The notes under the pieces: model-generated
What the model was told of the DNA's origin: nothing
What the model saw: only the letters and a program-made list of their open reading frames with translations
Database searches by the model: none
Part shown: in pieces, positions 47,403-56,129 of the stretch
Numbering within the stretch: position 1 is the stretch's first letter
Layout: every line of letters begins with the position of its first letter
NCBI GenBank assembly: GCA_038087875.1
Contig: JAXLNO010000320.1
Span: forward strand, 310,001 to 366,129
Length of the DNA: 56,129 nucleotides
Direction: 5' to 3'
DNA from: Malacoraja senta
Taxonomy: Eukaryota
Made by a program: the position numbers and the translations under genes

Positions 47403-47430
47403 CTGAAGAAGGGTCCTGACCCGAAACATC
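47403..47430 (+). ncRNA. Minimal hammerhead-ribozyme motif within a fold-back element (about 47310-47490)
   Basis: CTGAAGA-A-GGGTC(ct)GACCC-GAAA-CA-TC. Confidence 0.55.
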
Positions 47431-48012
47431 ACCTATCCATTTCCTCCACAGATGCTGCCGGAGTCGCCGAGTTCCTCCAACACTTTGTGTTTTGTCCAAC
47501 GGAACTATCCGCGCATTAACGTTGGTCCTTGTTAACAAATCTTTTGCAACTTTGACCTTTCCCTCATTCGGAGATGAACGAATGAATGGGGTAAGAGTGC
47601 GTGGAGGGCTGACATTGAGGCAATTTGTTGCCAGTGCCCCCATACCAAGCGTTCCTGCAATGTGATAAAAAGGAGCTGCAGATGCTGGTTTATACCACAG
47701 ATGGACCCCAATTGCTGGAGTAACAATACATGGCGACTCTTTGCATACTTGGTGTATGGTATGCAAAGATAATTTCACTGTGACATGTCACATGTGATAA
47801 TAAAGAATCAATCAATCAACTCAGCGGGTCAGGCAGCATCTCTGGTGAACAAGGAAAGGTATGTTTTGGGTTGGGACTGAGTTAATGTCTGAAGGCTCCC
47901 GACCTGAAACGTCACCTATCCATGTTGTCCGGAGATGCTGCCTGACCCGCTGAGCAACTACAGCACTGTTTGTCTAGCTCCTGTAACGTGTCCCGTGTTG
48001 CTTTGCCTGCAG

Positions 48013-49944
48013 GGAGAAGGCGCCCTGGTACGGACTATGGGTTCTGGTGTTGCTGATCGAACTATCCTGCGTGCTCTGCTGCCCGGCCAAGTGCAGCTGC
48101 AAAGTTGCGGGCTCACTGTGGTGCATCAAGACGGGCCTGTCCGCCATGCCCCAGCGCATCCCGCCAAAAACCACCAGCATCTACGCCTTCGAGAACGCCA
48201 TCGTCTCGCTGCGCAGCGAGGACTTTGCTGGCCTCCAGGAGCTCAGGCTTCTCCACCTCTCACACAACAAGATCTCGCGGCTGCCCCGGCAGGTCTTCCA
48301 GCCTCTCACCCTCCTCTCCAACCTGGACCTGAGCTCCAACCAGCTGACTGAGATTGCCAATGACACGTTCACCGGTCTGAGGGACCTGGAGCGCCTGTAC
48401 CTGCAGAGGAACAGGATCGCCCATATCCATGCGGCCGCCTTCCGGGGCTTGGTCAGGCTGGTGGAACTCAAGCTGCAGGACAACCAGCTCCACCGCATCC
48501 CACCGCTGCAGCTACCCACTCTTCTGCTCCTGGACCTGAGCAGGAACATCATCCCGGCCACCCAGTTCAGCTCCATCTCCTTGCCTGAGCTGGAGTCGCT
48601 GGTGTTGGCGGGCTTGGGGCTGGGCACCATCGACGAGGGGATGTTCGGGGGCATGGGGAGCCTCCAGGAGCTGGACCTCTCGGACAACCAGCTGGTGGGC
48701 GCGTTGGCTGCACTGCAGGGTCTGGGAGGATTGACCTCGCTCAGCCTGCGGGGCAACAAGCAAATATCCCAGCTGCAGAGCCACGACTTCCAGCAGCTCA
48801 GGGGCCTGCAGAAGCTCGACATCAGCGGCCTGAGTCTCACCGCCATTCCCCAGGACTTCTTGGACCTCTTCCCCAAACTCCGCAGCCTGGCTGCTGCCGA
48901 GAACCCCTACAACTGCGTCTGCCAGCTGGGCTGGCTGGTGAAGTGGGCACGAGCCAATACGCCTCTCCTCCAGAGGCGCGACGAGACCCGCTGCCACTTC
49001 CCGCCAGCCTTGTCTGGCAGACCTCTGGTGGGTCTGTCTCTGGGGGACATGGGTTGCCCCACCGCCAGCTCCCCGTTGGCCGAACCACCACCCCCTGGCA
49101 CCTACCCACCACGGGGAGAGGCCTGACGACGCTGGGTACCGGCCCAACGATGGCACCGGGCCAATCTTCACCCTTCGGGGGCAGGGTGACCCCTGGAGCC
49201 ACTGAAACCATGGGCATCGAGAGGGAGAGACCCTGCCTGTCCACCGACTGCCTCAACGGTGGCACCTGCCAGACAGACAGGAGCGGGCACCGGGTCTGCC
49301 AATGCCAAGCTGGTTTCCATGGGGCCCTCTGCCAGATGGGGAACAATGTTCTCGATCTCCAAAGTCCTGACAAAAGGCTGGTCAACATCAGCCACATAAC
49401 CAGCACGTCCATCACACTGGAGCTGGCAGCTTTCAGACTGGCCCCCGCCTACTACAAGGGCCTGCGCCTGACCTACAGGAACTGGTCGGGCCCTGACCCG
49501 CGGCCCGTCTCCCTCAACATCCCCACCTCACTGCAGGCCTACAGCATCCGGGGACTGCGGCCCAACTCCACCTACCAGCTGTGCGTGGGGGCGCTGGGGG
49601 AGAGCGAAGCCAGTGAGGGGCCCTGCACCGTGGTACAGACCCTGCCCGCCGCCCAACTGGCTCCCTTCGTCCACGACCTGGCCCCGGGTGTGAGTGGTGT
49701 ACTCTGGCCGGCCCTGGCTGGCACCTTACTGATCGCGCTACTGGCCACTACTGCCCTTTGCTACTACCGCAGAAAGCTCATCAAGAAAAGCTCAACACCA
49801 GGACAGGACCTAGAGGGGATCAGGCCCTGTCTCCAGGAGGGGCCCATCCCCCCCGGTGAGTCGAAGGAAGCGGAGTGCCTCGCTCTGCAGAGCGGACTGC
49901 CCTTAATCCAAGAGCCTGAAAGCAACGGTCCCATTGCCTTATGA
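48013..49944 (+). CDS. VASN: Vasorin main coding exon: signal peptide, LRRNT, about 10 LRRs, LRRCT, S/T/P stalk, EGF, FN3, TM, cytoplasmic tail; split by a 1-nt frame break near 49070-49095
   Basis: ORF 48047..49126 (LRRs, ENPYNCVCQLGW) plus ORF 48943..49944 (CLNGGTC..C.C.AGFHG..C, FN3, hydrophobic TM followed by RRK); acceptor ctttgcctgcag at 48001-48012; antisense inside a CORO7 intron as in human. Confidence 0.95.
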
Positions 49945-50371
49945 CCCTCAGTTCCAGACCTGAACTCAGCTGTGATACTCTGCTTCAACCAAAGCCCACC
50001 GCCAGGGGCCACATGCATGGTCTCCCACCCCAAGTATATCCAGCAACTTCCGGGCCTAGTTAATCCAGTCCGGGATTTCCATGCCACGTACTGCACTCCA
50101 GGATCCTGATGAAAGTCAAGTCACAAGGAGGGATTCGGACTTCCAATGCATGGCTGTATATGTCACGGTGGCCACCCTTGCCATTCAGACACCTCTCAGC
50201 ATGCATCAATATGTGGCTTTCCATGGCCTGGTGCACGCCAGCCCTGGCCAGTACTGACCAATATAAACTTGCCCTGCAAGACGCATCACCCTTCCCCAAG
50301 GGTGCCGCTGCCTAAGCCCACCGATTAGGTACTGTAAATTGCCGCACACACATTGTATATATTTGTAAGCA

Positions 50372-50377
50372 AATAAA
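50372..50377 (+). promoter_or_regulatory. VASN polyadenylation signal AATAAA
   Basis: First AATAAA seen about 430 nt after the stop; preceded by TGTATATA (Pumilio-type element) at 50354-50361. Confidence 0.7.
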
Positions 50378-51289
50378 TATTTTTCTACAGAACAGATATC
50401 TGGGCTGCGTTTTCCTTGTTACAGAATCGGGCCTCGACTGCAGGGAATGGCATACAAGGAGAGAGAGAGAGGGAAGAGTGCGGGAGCTGGGAGCAATGTC
50501 ACACAGCCCACAATGACAAGGGGGGCAATAAACTACTGGCACAAGGAACTGCAGATGCTGGTTTACAAAAAAAGACACACACTGCTGGATTAACTCAGTA
50601 GGTCAGGCAGCATCTCTGGTGGAAAATGGATAGGTGACGTTCCATATCGGGACCTGAAGACCCATGTCCTCCTGAGACATTGCCTGAGCCGCTGGGTTAC
50701 TCCTGCACTGTGCGCCTATGAACGGCTTGTCTATTCAGCACGGGGACAGTCTCGAGTTAACACAGGAATCTCAAAGGCACATCCTCCCTCCAAGGAACAC
50801 GGGTCTGCATTTATAGATTTCTGCAGCACAAAACCACAAGCAGAAGGAAGGAGGAAGAGACAGAGACGGTACAAGGTCAACTCTACTCCAAAATGTGGGC
50901 TGCAAGCTGTAACTTCTCAAAAGTGTGCGGCGGGCTGATTCAAAGCAGCCCTGTGAAGCCAGCATTACAGCAAGGCTGTCGTGCCATGCATGGGGGATGA
51001 TAAATGTCAGAGAGCCCTTCCCGGCTGACAGCTGACACTGAACAGGGGCAAGGGGGGGGGGGAGAGATAAGGAAACAGCGTAACATTGATTCAGGGAAGA
51101 AATAAAACCGTGCTTCGATACGACTCCTCAGCTTCAGCATTCCACCATCAATACAAGACCATCTGTAGTCACTGTAGTAACAGAGGGAGTGTAATAGCCC
51201 AGCCTGTGCACAGCAGTCTCCCCCTAAAGCCCATGTAGTAACGCTGAACTGATGCACGGTCTCCAGCATTGAACTGTCACCAGTTTCTG

Positions 51290-51825
51290 GTCCCATATCT
51301 GAGGAAGGATGCGCTGGCGTTGGAGATGATCCAGAGGAGGTTTACAAGAATGATCCCAGGGATGACTGGGTTAACGTATGAAGCGTTTGACAGCACTGGG
51401 CCTGTACTCGCTGGAGTTCAGGACGATAAGGGGGGGGGATCTTATTGAAACCTACGGAATAATGAAAGGCCTGGATAGAGTGGACGTGGAGAGGATGTTT
51501 CCGGTAATGGGAGAGTCTAGGACCAGAGGGCACAGCCTCAGAATAAAAGGACGTACCTTTAGAATGGAGAGGAGGAGGAAATTATTTTTGCCAGAGGGTG
51601 GTGAATCTGTGGAATTCATTGCCACAGACGGCTGTGAAGGACAAGCCGTTGGGTATTTTTAAAGCGGAGATTGATAGGTTCTTGATTAGCAAGTCTGTCA
51701 AAGGTTACGGGGAGAAGGCAGGAGAATGGGGTTAAGAGGGAAATCTAGATCACCAATGATTAAATGGTGGAGTAGACTCAATAGTACAAATGGCCTAATT
51801 CTGCTCCTATGCCCCTATGATCTTA
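51290..51825 (+). mobile_element. CR1-type LINE 3' fragment
   Basis: LGLYSLEFR, GDLIETYGIMKG, SRTRGHSLRI. Confidence 0.85.
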
Positions 51826-52679
51826 TGGACCTGAAACATCAGCTTGCATGTCCTGCCTCCACAGATGCTGCTTGGCCTGCTGAGTTCTTCCAGCATCATG
51901 TACCTCATTTACTAGCACAGCATGATGAATGAATATCCACTTGGGGCACTGGAAAGAGAGGGGGGGGGGGGAAATTGGAGGGTGTTACCTAAAACAGGAG
52001 AATTCAATAATCATACCGTTGGGTTAAGCACTACCCAAGTGGAGGAGGTACAGAGACGGGTGCCCAGCTCCACCCTGGGCCTGCTCCGATAAACCTCCAA
52101 CTACAACCTCACGGAGAAAGTTTCAGCACAAGGCAGGTGCTACTGGTTTTCAGTCTGAAAGAGGGTTCCGACCCAAAATGTCACCCATTCTTTTTCTCTA
52201 GAGATGCTACTTGACCTGCTGAGTTACTCCAGCACATTGTATCACTTACGTGCTACTAGAATGCAGCTATCCTTTTATTTTGTGTACATGTTGTCACAGA
52301 GACCAGGCCCAAGGCACAGAAACGGAGGGGACCGACTCTTTAATAAAACACCTGCACTCTGGGAAGGCAACGGTTACAGAATCAGAGCAAAGACAAGGGA
52401 AGTTATTAATATGATTAACAGTGGCCTGATTTCAGACGTTGGTAATGAGATTATTTAACTAGCTCACACAACCCAGCTGCCCCACATCAGGCAGAGAATA
52501 CTGAAACCAGCTGAGATTATTTCATCCTTTGAATAGCACTGTTCTGATCTGCTTCTAGGGCAGATCTGCAGGCAGACCTTGATACCACTGCCTTAGGAAC
52601 CATTCAAACCAAATGTTTACTGGAGGGGTTGTTTTAAGAAGGATCTTAAACAAGGAGAATTAGAGTTATTCAGCAGAGA

Positions 52680-53700
52680 AATAAACCCATCGGCCCACCA
52701 CATCCATGTTGGCCTTTTTGCCCATCTCCATTAATCCCGCTTGCCTGCATTGGGGTCGTATTTGTCTAGGCCTTGCCCATTTAACAGTCTAAATGTCTCT
52801 TACTAAATCTGACTCCACCATTTCTTCCTGAATCGCATTCCTGATGTCAATGACTTTCTATGTACAAAATCTACCCCTCAGACCTCCTCTAAACTTGCTC
52901 CTACCTTAAACCTATGCCCTCTTGTTTTTGATATCCCTCCCATGGATAAAGGGTTCAGATTATCTCTCCTGTATTTGCTCATAATCTTATACACTTCTAT
53001 TAGGTCACTGCCTCCTCTCCCTCCCTCCCCCTCCTTCACTCTGGGGAAAATAAACTCAACCTATCCAATCTCTCTCCCTCCAATCCAGGCAACATTCTGG
53101 CCAATCTCCTCTGAACTCACTCTCTAATGCACCTCCTTCCTTCCCATATTGCGGCAACCAGAAATGCACACAATACTCCGAGTGGTAAAAGTGCAACATA
53201 ACCTCCCAACATTAATATTCTATGCCCCAACCGAGGAAGCCAAGTAGCCCGTACACCCCCTTCACCGCCCTACCCAACAGTGCTACCACTCGAAGGAAAC
53301 AATGGACTTAGATCCCATGGACTCTCTGTTCATCAACATTTCCTGATGCTCCACTATTTACTGTATATACCCTAGCTCTATTTTATGTCCTAAAATGCAT
53401 GGCCTCACACTGGTTGGGTTTATATTCAATCTGTCTACTCTCCTCCCAACTTTCTATCTGATCCATACCCTGGTGGGGCTCTAGCCAACCTTCCTCACTA
53501 CCCACCACACTATCAGCTTCTGTGTCATTCGCAGATTTACTCCTCGTTCCTTCCAGCTTCACGTCCAAGTCATTAACACACAGCAGAGCTCTCAGCTCAG
53601 ATCCCTGCGGCACCCCACTGGTCACAGGTGAAAGCCTCCTTCCACCAGTACCCTCTGTCACCAAGCCATTGTGGATCCAATTAGCCAGCTTGGATCTCAT
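52680..53700 (-). mobile_element. Old CR1-type LINE fragment
   Basis: Degenerate VTSGVPQGS, SKSAND(T) in ORF 53383..53700. Confidence 0.7.
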
Positions 53701-54952
53701 GGCCTTAACCTTTCCGGACCATACTGGCAGGCTGTACCTTATCCAATTTAAGGGAAAGTTTAAAGGTTTTTGTTATTTTAAACACACACAGTGGTGTGTG
53801 CCTGGAATGCACTGCCAGGGATGATGGTGGGGCAGATAAGATCATGGCTTTTAAGAGGCTTGACGATAGGCAGGGAACGAAGGGAAAAGGATCACATGCA
53901 GGCAGAGATTAGTTTAATGGCTTCATGTTGGGCTTGGACATTGTGGGCCAAAGGGCCTGCTCCTGTGCACTGTTCTAGGTCGAAGCAAGGAACTGTAAAT
54001 GCTGGTTTACAAAAAGACAACAAGTACTCAACGGGTCAGGCAGCATCCCTGGAGCATCCCCTGCCTGACCCACTGAGTTGCTCCAGCACTTTGTGTCAGT
54101 ACTGCCCTATATTCCAGATGCCTCACTACAATCCATGTACACAACATTCACTACCCTGCTTTCATCAATCTCCTCAAGTTACCTCCTCAAAAAACTCAAC
54201 CAAGTTAGCGATGCAACATTTCCCTTGTGTGGAGCCATGCGGACTATCCCCCTAATGACTATCCATGCTGAGTCTGCTCCTTGCTCCCTCCACTCCAGTT
54301 CCCTCTGGGATTAGAGGAAAATGAGCCAAAGGTGGATAAGTGGACTAGGGTGGATGGGGCATCTTGGTCGGCAGGGACGAGTTGGGGTGAGGGGCCTGTT
54401 TCCGTGCTGGATGACCCCACTCACAGCCTTTCATTTACCTCGAGACGTATCAGATACGGGGTGGTGTTGAAATGAAACGTTTCTCCTCACACTGGGGCCA
54501 TTGTCTGGACACAGCTGGCACTGGTTTGCCCCCGGGCTGCACACCTGATTTCTATTTCATAATCTGGAGTATTTTTTCAAATGCCAATAATTACAACCAA
54601 GAAACCTGCAATTGTGCTGTTTCAAGGATTAGTTCAGGAATTTCCATGAATGCTCAAACCTGTTCTGAAAATTAAGGATCTTTTTACATTGATTACAAAC
54701 CCTGCTGTGCGAGAATTTCTTGCTGAAATAGTTTAAAGAAGCAACTCTTTTGGGACTATACTTTGCCCTAGGGCGTTTCTGAAAAGCACTTCTCAAAATA
54801 AACTGTTGGTGATTGGTTTCAGATTCTTCAGCTGGCATTCATCAAGCCAGTCACCTCTCAAAACTCACCACAACGCCATGTTAGGGGTCATGTCTCAATC
54901 TGCCTTCAGGGACCATCTCACAATCACAGGTCAGAACAGACCTTACACATCA

Positions 54953-55108
54953 TCGAAGATAGACACAAAAAGCTGGAGTAACTCAGTGGGACAGGCAGCA
55001 TCGCTGAACTTCTGAAGAAGGGTCTCGACCCAAAACGTCACCCATTCCTTCTCTCCAGAGATGCTGCCTGTCCCGCTGAGTTTCCCCAGCTTTTGTGTCC
55101 ATCTTCGG
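54953..55108. mobile_element. Penelope-derived fold-back element with a decayed hammerhead motif in the loop
   Basis: About 50-bp inverted arms (gacacaaaaagctggagtaactcagtgggacaggcagcatc / gatgctgcctgtcccgctgag...cttttgtgtc) around CTGAAGAAGGGTCTCGACCCaAAACGTC. Confidence 0.72.
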
Positions 55109-56129
55109 TTCAAACCAGCATCTGCAGTTCCTTCTTACACCACCTCTCTATTCACAGTACTCTAATAGAATGAGAGGAACATAGACCACAACAGAGGTAT
55201 GGATTATCTTCAGACTTGACCACCCCGACAATTCCTTCTTCTCCCTGCTCCGGGCGGGCAACACATACAGAGACTTGAAGTGCGCACCACCACCAGCTTC
55301 TTCCCCTCTGTTATCAGGCTTCTGAACGGTCCTTCCACAAGTTAGGGTACTGTCCAATCCACCTCTAATCCTTTTTGGATATTGGAATTTGTCCATGAAA
55401 TTGTTGACACAAGGAACTGCAAATGCTGATATACCCCAAAACCCCCCACAAAGTACTGGAGTAACAGTGGGTCAGGCAGCATCTCTGGAGAATATCAAAA
55501 TGTGCCCTATCCGTGTTCTCCAGATGCTGCCTGGCAAGCTGAGTTACTCCAGCACTTGTGTCTTGTTTTTGTCTATGAACTGCCGCGCCACAATGCTGAG
55601 AACTATATACTGCACTCTGTATCTTCCTCTTTATTCTACCTATTGTACTTGAGTTTGACTTGATTGTATTTGCATATAGTATTACTTGATCTGATTGGAG
55701 AGCATGCAAAACAAAGCTTTCACTTTACCTACGTGCACGTGACAATAATAAACCTAAAAGTTTGATATTTGTGCTATTCATGGGTCTGATCCTAATTTCA
55801 ATGCAAAGCAGAGAAGAGGGAGGGAATGACCAAGATACAGTATATAATCTCAGTATATAAATTAGTTAAAGGTTAGCGATCTTAATGTATGGCAGAGCTA
55901 ATTGTCAACTAATCTCAATACATAATAGTTTGGGGACATTCAAAATAGGACAGAGTCAGGGATCACCTCCCAATGGCATTGGTTCATTATTGTCATGTGT
56001 ACCGAGGTGGTCAAAAGCTTTTGCTTGCGTGCTATCCAGTCAAATCCGATCACATTACACACGAGTACAATCAAGCCAAACACAAGTACAACAGGAAGTG
56101 CAGAGAGAAAAATACTAGAATGTAGAGTA

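Noticed and set aside
49060-49126. Programmed -1 ribosomal frameshift in VASN
   Set aside because: No canonical X XXY YYZ slippery heptamer with an A/U run; a homopolymer error is simpler.
48105-50096. Antisense and alternative-frame ORFs over VASN (231, 219, 192 aa)
   Set aside because: Expected shadows of a GC-rich, Leu-rich coding strand; no domain similarity.

Overview
Vertebrate genomic DNA, almost certainly from a cartilaginous fish (skate/ray/shark; inferred from HE1-type V-SINEs and CR1/HER1-type LINEs), repeat-rich and with three assembly gaps. The minus strand carries the last 19 coding exons of coronin-7 (CORO7; 28033 down to the stop at 6061), reconstructed by hand from GT-AG sites and phase continuity. 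Vasorin (VASN; LRR-EGF-FN3-TM) is nested antisense on the plus strand in the large CORO7 intron upstream of those exons (candidate exon 1 ending at 39277, main exon 48013-~50400), as in mammals. Three single-base frame breaks (two in CORO7, one in VASN) all sit at G/C homopolymer runs and are probably assembly errors. Mobile DNA includes a near-intact IR/DR Tc1 transposon, a nested hAT > Tc2/pogo-like > 690-bp palindrome element, Rex1/Babar and CR1 LINE fragments, V-SINEs, a Penelope GIY-YIG remnant, and about ten Penelope-derived short elements, several of them fold-backs, carrying minimal hammerhead-ribozyme motifs. I found no evidence for a wholly new multi-gene system. The best leads are the hammerhead fold-back family, the nested palindromic transposon, a strand-biased intronic hairpin, and a possible relocation of the VASN start codon into exon 1.
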